From Macrostomum hystrix (Eukaryota; Animalia; Platyhelminthes): 64,000 nt of DNA. The notes below the pieces were generated by a model, which saw only the letters and a program-made list of their open reading frames with translations, did no database searches and was not told the origin of the DNA. The stretch's first letter is position 1. The number at the start of each line of letters is the position of its first letter. Below, in pieces: positions 10,960-23,829 of this stretch. The translations under genes were made by a program, and so were the position numbers. The stretch spans positions 2,046,001 through 2,110,000 of the forward strand of contig CATNEN010000030.1 of the NCBI GenBank assembly GCA_950097015.1. The letters run 5' to 3'.

Positions 10960-13900
10960 AAATATAGGTGAATTTAAGTGAATTTCTTTTAGTTCTTTAA
11001 AAAATTATTATGTTAAAGTCTTAGTTTTGCATATGTAATCATAATTTACACACTTATAGCAGCTGCTTTCCCTTGTTCTGTTTTGTATAGTTACTTGAAG
11101 CTGGGAAATAATTTAATTTACAAGTATGCTATCTATTTCTTATCTATATTTGCTTGGCCTACACTGCAGGTCATTTTGGGCACTTGCTTAACTGATCTTC
11201 TGATCAATATTTAGTGCCATAAAGTAGGCTAACCAAGCATTTCATTTTTAGTATAGTGGAAGCCCATATATCTATTTCTTACTCTGGGCTTTCAAGATGG
11301 TTATGTATGGCCCATGCTGCGGGCCTGCTTAATGTGTTCAAGTGGTTAAAATGCTAGTGCCTAGTAATATATAGGAAACTATATTATACTATATTCTTGG
11401 GTCTGATTGCAGCACAAAAGCTATGAATAGTCTAGATATATAATATAATATATTAGCTAATGTATTAATATGATATAAATAGCTAAAAAGATTGTTCAAT
11501 TGCAATGATTAGACATCACTTTTGCCACAAAACATTTATACTTTATTACCTTTAAAGGGACCCATTTTATTACTTATTTTACCTAGTTATTCTTAGCTAG
11601 GCTAGCTATGTAAAAACTAAAAAGAATGGCTAGGCCTACCAAATTCAGAGCTATAGCTATGGCCTATGGGCCTTTATTTTTTTACTACTTTGCTTTTTCT
11701 ACCTTATTATTTATGCAAGAAAGATAAACTAGGTGTAGGTGATCTTGTCCTAAGCTAGCCTGGAGATATATTTAATCTTTACTGCCTAGTCCTCTATCGG
11801 GTGATGCAACACAACACATGCATGGCTTTCAACACTCAACATGGACAATAAAATGGGCCTTATATTTATATTACAATTTGGATGGGTGGTATAGGCTAAG
11901 TACAGCTTTTTTACTTTTAAGAACATATACTAAAAACACTTAAACATGTTGGAATTGTCTAATATGTAGCACTTCTGTCTGAAATACATTTTTGGACCAC
12001 TCTATCAAAACTGGTTTAAATATATGTTTACCTAACTATCATTTGATTACTTGACTATTGAACAATTTATATCGTACAATACGTTCATGACTTCGATTCG
12101 TTTACTCTCGTTTACCATTTTACGTGTTTACCGCGTGTTACCACTAGTAAATTTGGTTATGTTTATTAGAAGCTTCACATTTTATTAAACAGCTATTCAT
12201 TTATAGCTAGTTTTATTTAGCTAGTTAAAACTTAAAAGTTTGAGAAATAAAAGATAAAAAGTTTGGGTAAATAGTTTAGCTAGTTAGCTGTAAAACAAAG
12301 CTGTTTACTTTGTTTTGTTGAGCCAACCTAAATGTTATAAATTAAAAAAGAAGGCGATAATTTGACTTTAAATATTTTGTGGTTTTATACTTGGCTTAAG
12401 TTTTACTGATTTATTTTGTATACCCTCAGTTATCGTTTTAGCATAATCCCAATTGATTTTGCCTAAAATTTTGCTGATTTTCAGATACATGTTTTCTCAG
12501 TTTTTCTTGAAAACATTTTTTCTTGAGAGGTTAAGTCTGATGAGAGGAAAAGTCACAAAAAATAATAATACCCCACAAAGATTGCCAACTCCCTCGCTCA
12601 TACAGTAGTCAGTTGGCTCAGATAGGTCATAGTCATATCTTCAGAAAGAATAATAGCAAACTGAGACCAAGTTGAGCAGCTGAAATTGCTGGAAAATGAG
12701 TTTTGTAACTCATTAACTCAATCACTCTATATTAAGTCTTTACAAAAAGAGACTTCTCTTTTAGGTTAAAAGCTTGTAAGATCCACAGTTAATGTAGGCC
12801 TATTTTAATAACACAATAAGAAAGACTTTTTAGGGTAAGAGAAGTAAGGTAAGAGATTAAAAGTTTGGGTGAATAACAAGCTTGGACCCAAAATAATAAT
12901 ATAATGGACCAATCACTGAGCAGGGAGGTAAGAAACAAAAGAGATGAAGCAAAAGGAGGTAAAAGTGAAAATTTATTTTCTTCATTTAAGTGAAAAGTCT
13001 TTTTCACTTAATCATCACACTAATAGGCCTATGTTGCTTTGTATGCTTTTTTGGCTTAAAGTCTCATGGCAAGCTAACATTTTGGGGGTTGCACAACTAT
13101 TCTAGCTAAATAAGCTTTTTAGCTTGGAAGTGTCTTGTGTAATATAGCCTTATTTCATAATATAATTTAATTAATTGGACCAATAGAATGAGAATGCCTT
13201 ATTCACTTAATATTAGTGGCATTGCTAGGCCCTAATCGAAATAAATTCCCAGGTTAGGCCTATTGTGAAATTAGCCCACCTATATAGGCCCCTAGCCTAT
13301 TTATTTAGAACATAGCTGCAAAGTGAAGGCTTAGGGCTTTTCATTAATTTTTCAGAGTGCCAATCCAGGCATGTTCAAAGTGTACGCTGCCTGAAGACCA
13401 GAAATTCAGGGCAGAAATATATACCTGTGTGTGGGTAGGCCTATATATACATATTTGTATATATATTCAATAGTCAGCAAAATAGGCAGAATTGCCATCT
13501 TGCTAGCTGTGGGCCTGTAAGTCTAGTGTCACAAAATGATGTGCCATTGCCAATAGCCCACCTACAGTTATATTTTTATGCAAATTAGCTAATAAACAAG
13601 TTTCCTTCTCTTAGATTTAAATCTTTATAAGATCAACTTTAAAAAAACTCAACTACAATGTATAATAGGCATGGTTTTTGTTTGTTAACTAAGAATCCAA
13701 TTTATAAGAATCAGTTCCAAAAGTCATGTTTTTGTCTAGAATATTTGCTAAAATTTTATGATTATTTGCTGTCTTTTTATTCTCCATAAAGCAATGTATA
13801 GACATTTTAGTTGTAACAAAACAATTTTTACATTTGGATTGAAGATAAAAATGTTATAACTATTCTGGTTTGCTATTTTTATTGCCGTCTTAAAGAAAAC

Positions 13901-14571
13901 ATACATTTAAAATAGTATTAGCAATAAAGACAATTTAAATAATTTATGTTACCAAGCATATATGTGAAAATAGTGTATTTGTAATAAAAAATATATATAT
14001 TCACCTTTTCACTTTTTTACTTGTTATCTATTTTATAATTTGATAACCCAATTTGATTTGAATCACCTCATTTGATTCTTTACAATCAAATTACTTTACA
14101 ATATAGTTTTTCTTTATTGTTAAGTTATTAAGTCAATTTTTAGCTTTCAAATCATTAAGTATACCCAATTTCCTTAAGTTATTAACTAGGAGTACAAAGG
14201 AAATTTTATATATAGGCCCCTATTATAAATATATACCAACTATGTATGTATTAAATTATAATTGTTATATTTTAGGCTTGCAATAACTAGCTGCCTCTAC
14301 ATTTTTACAACTACAAATAAACATAGAAGGCAACAAAATGTTAATGGTGATAGTTTTATATTTGTATACAATTAAACTTTTAATCAACCAGAGCAAAGAC
14401 GTCCATATTACAACTTCTCAGAACTTTTTTGTTTTAGTGATGGCATTCTTATGTGCTCTTTGATAAAGATTAGAAGAGCAACTTAGAAGCGAAATGACTG
14501 TAAAAATCTGTACAACTAACTAGTTAGGTACTAATAAATACATTGATATATTCTACCATTCTTGCAGCACA

Positions 14572-17500
14572 ATGTCGCAGCAGGCAAAAGGTCGAGGCCG
14601 AGCTCGTGGCCGCGCTGGCCCGCGCCCAGTGGAGGATGCTGGCGCCGGATCACTGGCTCCTACCTTACCAGTTGCCAGTCCTCAGCAGCCTCCAGGCTTA
14701 AGCGCTCCAGCCGGTGCTTCTGCTGCTGTTGCCGCTGCTGTCGTCCCTGGTGATCAAGGCAATCGTAATTATCAGGGGCAACAATCTACCGATGTGGATC
14801 AGCTTTCAAGTAGCATGGCAGGAACTACGTTTGAACGCGAGGCCGGCGGCGAACGCGGTGGTCTAAGGCGCAAGCTGCTCCGCTTTCAAATGCCCCAAGT
14901 GCGACCGGAAGGTGCTATTGTTAAGAAGGGCAACTGTGGGACTCCGATTCAGGTTTTAACTAATTTTATTCCGATTCAAACCGAGAGCAACTGGTGCGCC
15001 TACCAGCTGGCTGCGGACTTTCGCCCAATCCTCGGGGCTAAGCCGCTGCGAGAGAAGCTTCTCAACGATGCCGAGCAGGTGCCAAAGCCATTCGTGTACG
15101 ATGGCGGCTGCCTGTACACCAGGCGACCCTTAGCTTCGGCGGAGGGGATCAAGTTCGCTGCCAGCATCAAATCCTGGAGCGGTGAGGTGGCCATTAGGCA
15201 GGTTAGCGTGATTGGCAAAAACACTCCGCAGTGGCTTCACCTGATGAATGTTGTGCTGAGCAAGACTCAAGTTCACATGAATATGCAGATGGTCGGCCGC
15301 AACTTCTATTATCCGGAGCAAGCCACGAAGCTTCCCCAACACCGCATGGAGGTAGGTTGGTTTGTAAATAGTAAAAATGCGCTCTATAAAATATTTTCCT
15401 TTCCTAATTGGGATCGCCCAGGCTTTTCTATTGGCAACACATACAAAGTCGTATCGGCTCGGTGGCGGCAGCTTAAATTTTGCCATTACGTGCTGCCAAT
15501 GGAAACAGCCGGGTCATTCACAATGTCGCTCTCTTGCTTAGGCCACAGTCAATTTATAATATTCCGATGTCGTTAAAATCCATTTCCTTAGGTTTGGCCT
15601 GGCTTCGAAATGGCCATTCAACCGTCTGACGGCCCCCTTATGCTTCACCTGGACGTATCCCATAAGATAATTCGCACCGACACAGTGCTCGCTGTCATGT
15701 ACGAACTGTACGAAAGTGTAGGCAATATTGGTTTTCGTTCTGCGGCCACTGACGCCTTAGTAGGCCAGATTGTCATTACGCCCCACAATAACAAGACCTA
15801 CCGAATAGACGGCATTGAATGGGACAAACGTGTCAGCGAAACCTTCCCGCTCCGAAATCAGGCTACGCGACAGAGCGAAGAAATAACTTTCGCGGAGTAT
15901 TTCCGTCGAAAGCATGGCAAAGCTCTGACGGATCCCGAACAGCCACTGCTCGTGTCAAAGCCGCGCAAAAGCGACCTGCCACCAACTAAGGGAGGTCGTC
16001 GCGAGTTTGCGGAGAGCATTCTCCTACCGCCAGAGATCTGCTACATGACCGGCCTCACCGATGATATGCGCGCCGACCGCAATCTCATGAAGGACCTGGC
16101 TACGTTCACGCGTATTGACCCTGCCACCCGCTGCGGCAAGCTGGTGAACTTTGCTCGTACAATGGCCCAGAATCAAAGGTGTCAGCAGGTGCTGGGCGAG
16201 TTCGGCCTGACTGTGACGCCCAATCCGGTCGAGGCCACCGCGCGCCAGCTGGCCCCAGAGACCGTCAGGATGTCGCGGCCGGTCAAGCTTGATCCAGAGC
16301 GAGCCGATTGGGACAATGCGCTTAAGAGTAACGGCATGTTCCAGCCAGTGAACTGCAAGAACTGGATCTTTGTCTACTTCCAACGAGATGAGCAGGCGGC
16401 CGCCGACTTTTGCCAGAAGCTCAGCCGGGCCTCCCAGTCGCTCGGCATGTCCTTTGGCGAGCCCTACGTGTTGACAGTGCCCCAAGATCGCGACCAGCTG
16501 TGGGTGAAGACCATCGAGGAAAACATTAACCAGGAGCTAGATCTGGTGTTCTGCCTGCTGCCCAGCAATAAGAAGCAGCGCTATGACGCAATCAAGCGCT
16601 TGTGCTATGTCAACAAGCCGGTGCCCAGCCAGTGCGTGCTGACAAAGACCATCCGCAATCCCGCCAAGGTGATGTCGGTGGCAACGAAAGTGGCGCTGCA
16701 GATCTCCTGCAAGCTGGGCGGCATCGCCTGGGCTGTGACAATCCCCATAAAGAGCACCATGATAGTGGGCATGGACAGCTACCACGACAAGAGGCAGAGC
16801 ATCTCCGTGCAGGGCGTCGTGTTCTCTCTGAACGAAACCTTCACGCAGTACTATTCGTACTCGCCTATTGTCAAGGGCGGCAAGGCTGAGATTCACCAGC
16901 ACCTCGAGGTTGGCTTTACGATGGCGCTGAAGAAGTTCAGGGAGAAAAACGGCGACCTGCCGATGCGCATCATCCTGTACCGCGATGGTGTCGGTGACTC
17001 CATGCTTAAGGAGGTGAGTTGAAAATGCGTTACTGGCTGTTTTTCCATGTACACTTAAACAAAAAGTCTATACAGACTACACAGGGCAAAGTAAACAGAT
17101 AGCTTTTGCTTGATTCCATGCTACGAGGGGTGTCCAAAAAGTAGTGGAATTTTTCAACGTAGCTCATAATCGGATTCAGACACATTAAATTGCTATACGT
17201 TTTATGAAAGCGGATTCATGTATCTCTGTAATACTCGTACTTTTATTATCTTCTGGCATTCAAAATTTTAGTGCAGTTCCCCAGGGTACAACTTACAGAA
17301 ACTTTAACAAGTAGTCATAGACAAGAAACATGACAACAATAAATAATAAGAATAATATAATTGATTACACCCAATCGGGCCAGATGTGCAGCCGACAGCA
17401 CAGCCGCAGCTATTGCGCGGCGCATCTGAAGGCTGCGTACAGCTGTTCAGTCCATGGACTGGGGGGACGCCACATCCACCTTTAATTATCCCAGCTGATG

Positions 17501-18987
17501 CTGGTACCAATTTAACAGCTGGGTGAACTGAAGCAATGCAGAGTTAAGTGTCTTGCTAAAGGACACAAATTGTTTCAGTGGAGTCGGGAATCGAACCCCC
17601 GACCTTCAAGTCGTTAGTCCGACGCCCTAACCACTAGGCTACAACCTCTCACTAGGCTACAACCTCTCACTAGGCTATAACCTCTATTTGTATGTTGGTT
17701 GATAACATAACTGTTGAATATGTTGAATGACAACAAACTATCAGTCGTAATCCCATTGAACGATTGAAGTTCATTTTAACGTCAACTCAAATGTCCTTTT
17801 CGTCAGGGATGGAGACATTCTCCACCTAGTCGCCTTTGCAGCTGATGCACTTCTTCCAGCGAGTGCGCAACGAATCAATTACATGAGCATATTGCTCCTT
17901 GGGAATCGCAAAAACAAGGATGCGCCGAACCTCTTCTTCAAGGCAGTGACGATTCGCGTAGACTTTGCCTTGAAGCAGCTCCTTCAGTCTCGGAAAAAAC
18001 AAAAGTCTGCTGGCGCCAAGTCAGGGGAGTAAGGTGGGTGAGGCAGGAGTTCAAACTTCATGCCCTGAATTGCCTCCACTGTCTTTGAAGCCGTGTGCGG
18101 TCGGGCATTGTCGTGGTGGAGAACCAAGGGCTTGATCCCACTGCGCCGTTTATTGTGGATGTCAGCCTTGAGCTTCTTCAGAGACAAGATGTAGCGCTCT
18201 GCATTGACAGTTGTGTTTGGCTCTAGGAAATCGATTGTCAAGGGGCCGTGACAATCGAAAAAAGCAGCAACATCAGCTTCTGGGTATATGCCTCTCGACG
18301 AGCCTTGATTGGAGGATCAGAGCCTTTATTGCCCAGACTTTTGGCTCTTCTTTTGTTGCGTTACAGAAACTTTTGAATGCCAGAAGACATTGGCGAAAAA
18401 ATTTGCATAGACCGATAAAGCTAAGAAAAATTAACGAAATTAATTAAACTGAATCCAACTATGACCCACTACTTTTTGGAAACTCCTCGTAATTATTTTG
18501 CCACAACTCTTCCTATTCGCAGGTGAAGAACACGGAACTGTTTCAGCTCAAGAAGTCCCTCTCCAAGATTTACGGTGATAATTTCAGCAGCCTCGGCTTC
18601 AAGGCCATTGTGGTGAAAAAGCTCGTCAGCTCCCGCCTCTTCCGCAAGATGGGCGCCCAGCTCAGGAACCCGGCTCCTGGCACCGTGCTGGATGACGTCA
18701 TCACCATGCCGAATTTCGTCGACTTCTTTCTGGTGTCGCAGTTTGTGAACCAGGGGACCGTCACCCCCACACATTATAATATGATTGAAGACTTCAACGA
18801 TGCCAACATAAAGCCGGACCAGGTGCAGCAGCTTACCTACAAGCTGACCCACCTGTACTTTAACTGGCCTGGCACCATTCGAGTCCCGGCACCTTGCCAC
18901 TATGCGCACAGGCTGGCTTACCTGGTGGGCCAGAACCTCATGGAGGAGCCTAGCCCTCAAATCTGCGACCGGCTGTTCTTCCTCTGA
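14572..18987 (+). CDS. piwi: PIWI-clade Argonaute, 888 aa; exons 14572-15351, 15592-17013, 18523-18987
   Basis: Both introns are phase-0 GT-AG. N-terminal GRGRARGRA motif; PAZ (NKTYRIDGIEWD..ITFAEYF..QPLLV..LPPEICYMTG); MID (KQRYDAIKRLC..PSQCV..KVALQISCKLGG); PIWI domain with MIVGMDSYHD, YRDGVGD and PAPCHYAHRLA; PIWI-type C-terminus DRLFFL*. Confidence 0.98.
17125..18489 (-). mobile_element. Mariner-family element, internally deleted, in piwi intron 2, antisense to piwi
   Basis: TA target duplications at 17123-17124 and 18490-18491. TIRs CGAGGGGTGTCCAAAAAGTAGTGG and CCACTACTTTTTGGAAACTCCTCG. The transposase fragment contains LHHDNARPH and HPPYSPDLAPADF, and ends RWKKCI..GD. Confidence 0.95.
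17330..17685 (-). mobile_element. tRNA-derived SINE nested in the mariner
   Basis: On the minus strand the head has A-box TAGCCTAGTGG and B-box GGTTCGATTCC. The body TGTGTCCTTTAGCAAGACACTTAACTCTGCATTGCTTCAGTTCACCCAGCTGTTAAATTGGTACC resembles the conserved CORE/Nin-Deu-type SINE domain. An AT-rich tail follows. Confidence 0.85.
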
Positions 18988-19679
18988 ATCCTGTCAGCTT
19001 CTATAGTATACGTGTGGCAGCTATTGCTCCTTGCTACACAGAGGTGTTGCAACATTTACCGCACTTCAAGGTGCTTTTTGGTGGGATGGAACATGGCTTA
19101 ATCATTAAGCGTAATATCATTGATTTTTTTAATACAACGTAATAGCGTTGTACCCTAAGATTGGTCCGTCAATCTGTCAATTGGTCTGAACTTTGGTCTG
19201 CGTGTCAATCAATTTCCTACTTTATCTGTAGGTATTGCTATTGATTATTTTAATGTTTTGTTTTTACTGTCTTTTATTTTTGAATTAATCGTTTTGTTTC
19301 ATTTAAAAGTTTCATTAATTTTCTTTTTTGTTGCTTCTCTTTTTGCACGTATCTTTTTAAACGCTGTTCTGCCCCAGAATTTCAGTTCTCCAGAATGCCT
19401 TTAGATTACTATATGCACCTATTGAAAGATAATCGTATAAGACCGACCAAGCACTATTGGAATAAAGTCAGAATCAATGTAGATACTTAAAAAGGTTCGT
19501 TTTTGAAGCTGCTGTAGTTGTTGTTGTTGCGAAAAGCATTTTTGCGCTGCAAAAACTGGACAATCTGGCCAAAAACTGGCTCCTGAAGTAATTGCTGTTA
19601 TAATTAATAGCATAAGAGATGAGGACACTGGCACATCATTTGGTGACGGCGGCAATGTAGCCCATTTCGTGGATACGTT

Positions 19680-19880
19680 CGCAGGCACACACACAGGGGT
19701 GTTTACAACTGCCTGACTTTCTCATCGCAGTGTACACTCTTGCTGCATCTTTAAGGTTCGGGTGACAAACCCGAAAGTTTTCTATACGCAGCTGCACTAC
19801 AAATTAATAAGGCCTCGCCGCGTAATCCAGCTCAGTTACCATGGTGCGAGAGGCAAACTCGTTAACCGCTGTGCCATTCA
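19680..19880 (-). mobile_element. Second, older tRNA-like SINE family, copy A
   Basis: A-box-like TGGCACAGCGG. It aligns by eye with 54010-54220 (+) in the head (CGRTTAACG..TTTGCCTYTCGCACCA) and the tail (CGATGAGAAAGTCAGG..TGTAMAC..CCTGTGTG). Confidence 0.5.
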
Positions 19881-21383
19881 TTTCTTCGTTCTAGAGATCA
19901 GAAGCACTTGAAATTTATCACGTTTTTGCAACAAAAAACAACAATAAATACTAAATATTAATATTCATATGTTCATTAAGCTTTGGAATGGAAACCTTGC
20001 CCTTTATATTTACTTTCAGTATTTTCTGATTGATTTCTGTAATTTAATTGTAATTATAGTTTCTGTTATCGGGGCACTTCCAGGTTATGTTGAAATAATC
20101 GTTTGTTTACGCTTTCGCTGCTTTTTTATCGCTTATCGCTTTTGCTTATCTAAGTCATAAAGTCTCATTTCCTCATACGGTTTTGACAAGCTATTTGTAT
20201 AACTCAACTGGATATCTTGAAAATTTATACGAAGTTGCTGCAGAAATTTCAGAAATTGCTTTGAAATTTAGCGTTATTGATGATGCCATCTGAGTTTGAG
20301 TGACACGCCAAACGACAGCAAAATGGCGACGCAAACCTTTGATAATGTGTTTGGTGCTGACAATTTCCCCTGATTGTCGTCGCTGATTCCTTTCGATATG
20401 ACAGTTAACTTCCACCAAGTGCTTTATTGATGTTAATCAACTCAGATTTATACAGCTAATCATTGAGAAATTAACATTTGCGTAATTTCAGATTTTCTAT
20501 TTGCATGAGATCTTGACTCAATTTCCTCTAAATGGGCGATATGGAGCACGCATCGCAACAAATTTCTCTGCACTTTGTATTCGTTTTCTGTACTGCTTAT
20601 CGAAATTGCACGCCTAGGCTTTTTGTTACACTTGTTTATTGACTATGGTGGATTCATCCTTTACTTTATTATTATTGACTCGTCATATCTATAATTTAGC
20701 TTTTAGTTCAGTTTCTGAAACAAACATTCCCTTTATTGCTCTTGTTTTTTATTTGTCCTTTTACGAAGGAGGGTATGGACTGCCGCTCGTTTAAAAGGTC
20801 ATTTGCTCTCCAATGTGATTATCGATCCATAAGCATCATTGCTTAGAATTTCAAAAAATCCGGTCGTAGTAAAAAAATTCTCTTCATGGCCATTAGCCTC
20901 AATGATCCATGACCAAATGGATGTGAAGAAAAAGTTAAGTCAATGCTACACATATTCAGGTAACTGCGAGGTTACATCAAAGACTTGTTTGCAGTGTATG
21001 TTCCGATTCTAGTTCACTTTACTCGAAGAAACTTGATTGCACTAGGCTCTGGTGTGTAGTGCGAGTAACCTTAGTTACGACTTGCTACAAGTCCACTAGC
21101 AACAGAAGCTCTCTACCTTATTTGCACAGCTTTCTACCTTGAATTCCAAGAAGAGCCCCGTACTCAGATTCTAAAGAATCTCTATCCAATCGATGCTTCA
21201 ATATTTGAGCTGCGTCAATAGCCCAGTAAAAATTGAAGCATTTCATATTTGCGCAGGGAAACTTAAGTGACTGTTGCTTCCATCGGGATAAAATAAAAAA
21301 CACCAAACACCATCATTGGTCTGTACGAAATCTTACAATCTTGCAAGTCTAAAAACTGCTTCACGCTTAATCCGATTGTCACA

Positions 21384-23285
21384 ATGGACAGGGTGAGTTA
21401 GTAACTGAAGCCACGTTTGCACCTACGCTCGTATCTTTGATTCAGAGCCCCGAGGTACCTGATTGAGATCATTTACACGAAACTTCAGACTCGAAGCACA
21501 GGAAAAGTCTGCATTCATGGGCTCAAGCAAATCCTGCACGAAGACGATGTCGATTCTCTGGTCATCCAGCTGGAGCTGGCCAAGCCCCTCGCCCTGTCGC
21601 AGATCCTGCAGCTCAGCATCGAGCAGCTCACTGACGGTGGCAGCATTGCGGACTGCATCAAGTGCGGCAGGTCCGACTTCACTTCGTTCCTCATCGCTCA
21701 CTCCACTGTGCTGGAAGTTGCCGCATGCACACTCGCTCTCAACTGTGTCACTCACCTGATCGGTGAGCTGGAGGCTGCAGCCGACTCGGCTGATGCACTT
21801 CATCAAGCAGTCGGGCAGCAGTCAGACAGCGGCGAGTCGGTGGTGCCGCTGCACTGTCTCATTGTGAAGCTGTTTACTCTGAGAGGCGATGCTGCATTTG
21901 AGCACAGGGCGGTGAGATTTGTGCGCAAACTGTCGGTCGAGCAGCCTCAGTTCTTCCGCGTGTGCGCAGAGAAGGAGGCGTTCGGCTACAATGCTCTCGA
22001 GCTGGCAGTCAGTCTGCAGCTGTTCTCACTCGCTGAGTGCATTCTCGAGTCGAGCAAGTACTGCGGAGAGGTCAGTCTCGTAGCAGGCGTGAAGGTGCAG
22101 CGAGTTGATCTGAGCGAGTACGACTTCGCCACGGGTGAAAGGTACGACAAGAGCCCGCTGAACATGCTGGCCTTCATGGCCATCAAGGAGCTGTTAGGGC
22201 CGGTGAAACAGTTTATGGATCATAAAATTATAAAAGAGTGGTCGCGCAGAATTTTGTGCTACATTCGGAGATCAATGCTCATCCGAGCAGTGATTTGCAC
22301 AGTTTACAAGACAATCATTCTTCTGTTTGCTCCTGGAAACATCTACAGCACAATCACTGTGAAAAGATTCGAACTGCTAGGCAACTCTAGTTGGACATGT
22401 CCTCTGTTTAACATTCATTCTCGGTGGCATTCTGTTTGTTCGCTGACGACTGTTCAAATATCAATGAGTCTGTCAATATCAGCGTTCACCGTCGAGTGCC
22501 TCGTGTTTTTATTAGCAAATCTTGCATTGGCACCAACTCTCGGCGCCTACAAGTCATACTTCGACGCCATCAGTAGCTTCATGCAGACGAAAAGCCAGAC
22601 ATTGATTCGAGTCACAATTCTGCTGCTTTCATTCGTTATGTTGTTTTTCTCAATAATAGTTGCTTCCGATCCGGCATCGCTGGTCCCTCAAACTGAGTCG
22701 CGCCCACTTCTGCTGGTAATCCTGGACTACACCACCTGTGTAATCTACATTCTTTCAGCACTCACCTTGGTCTTTGACTGGATGTTGGTCATAGAGAAAA
22801 TGGTCCTACTCTGGGATTCGGTTGAGATTTTCTCCTTCTTCATCGTCATCATTCTCCTGGTGATGTCTCTGTTCTGCTGGCTCGTATCGCTGATCGTGCC
22901 TTGCGATCCAGTTTTCGACCCCAGAATGGAATCGGAGATTTCCTACACAGTCTTGACCTTCTATCTGCTGTTGAACAACGGAGGCCTGTCCAGAGACTCG
23001 GTGCGAACCCTGGGCGCGGTGTTCCTGGTGACTCACGCTCTCATCGTCCTGTTCTGCTTCAACTTCCTGATCGCTCTGCTGTCCCAGCGCCTATCGGTGG
23101 CTTCGGACAACCTGCGACACATCAGCACTGCCCATCGGCTGCACTCGTACCACTTTATCCGGATGGGCTGCAGGAAGGTACGAAAGGCGCTTCGAGTTGA
23201 GTGGCCCCGCCCTGCTCCTAGCCAACAAGACTCTGTGGCTGGCTCTGACAGCCTCTGCAGATTCGGCCTGTTTGTGGAGACCTAG
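21384..23285 (+). CDS. TRP(V)-like 6-TM cation channel, copy 1; probable micro-exon 21384-21392 (MDR) plus a large exon from ~21489
   Basis: The frame is open from 21441 to TAG at 23285. Features: a degenerate ankyrin-type motif (EKEAFGYNALELAV), a TRPV-like linker (VDLSEYDF..KSPL), six hydrophobic segments, pore helix YTVLTFYLLLNNGG and S6 HALIVLFCFNFLIALLSQRLS (compare TRPV6 LLMLNLLIAMM). ATG GAC AGG|GTGAGT pairs in phase 0 with CTTCAG| at 21488. Confidence 0.8.
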
Positions 23286-23599
23286 AGCCTATTCGGAAGG
23301 TACAACGAAGCCGCTGTGACTTTCAGCTTATTGATTTAGAGCGCAATACTGTCGGCGACATCGAGAGACCCCCAACCGAGCATCCGTGACGGTCTGTTGT
23401 AAAGCGTTTTTTAACCCATCCTGGGCATCCCATCAGCTTGGTAAATTATAATTTTAATGATTATCGAAGTTTAAGTGGATTTTTGCTACCATTTTTGGCG
23501 ATTCGCTACTGAAGCAACTTCTATTACGAGTAATAATGCCTTCTATTTTACTGCTAAACCGACAGTAAAATATAAATTTGCACAATCACAGAAAAAACA

Positions 23600-23790
23600 C
23601 CTAACCCAGTGTGTCAGGTAAATAGCCAGTGGCGCAAGGACGCAGCCATTCTACCCCAGTTAATTCTGGTACCATTTTTACAGTTCTTTTTAACTGAGAC
23701 AATTGGGAATTATTGCTCAAAAAGAGGTTGTTAAATTTTTTGAGCTGAGATTCGAACTCGCAACCTCTTGGTTGCGAATCCCTCATATGG
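23600..23790 (-). mobile_element. Degenerate copy of the tRNA-SINE family seen at 17330
   Basis: Minus-strand B-box GTTCGAATC, plus GGTACCATTTTTACAG matching GGTACCAATTTAACAG of the 17.5-kb copy. Confidence 0.6.
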
Positions 23791-23829
23791 AGATTCCTAA
23801 TAAAATAATCTGCGAAGAGGACCAATCTC

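Noticed and set aside
17575-17650. Possible tRNA gene on the minus strand
   Set aside because: The A and B boxes are present but the anticodon and acceptor stems do not pair, and the sequence continues into a SINE body.
19750-19780. Hairpin TTCGGGT-GACAA-ACCCGAA followed by AG as a hammerhead ribozyme stem II
   Set aside because: The required CTGANGA core is missing on both strands.
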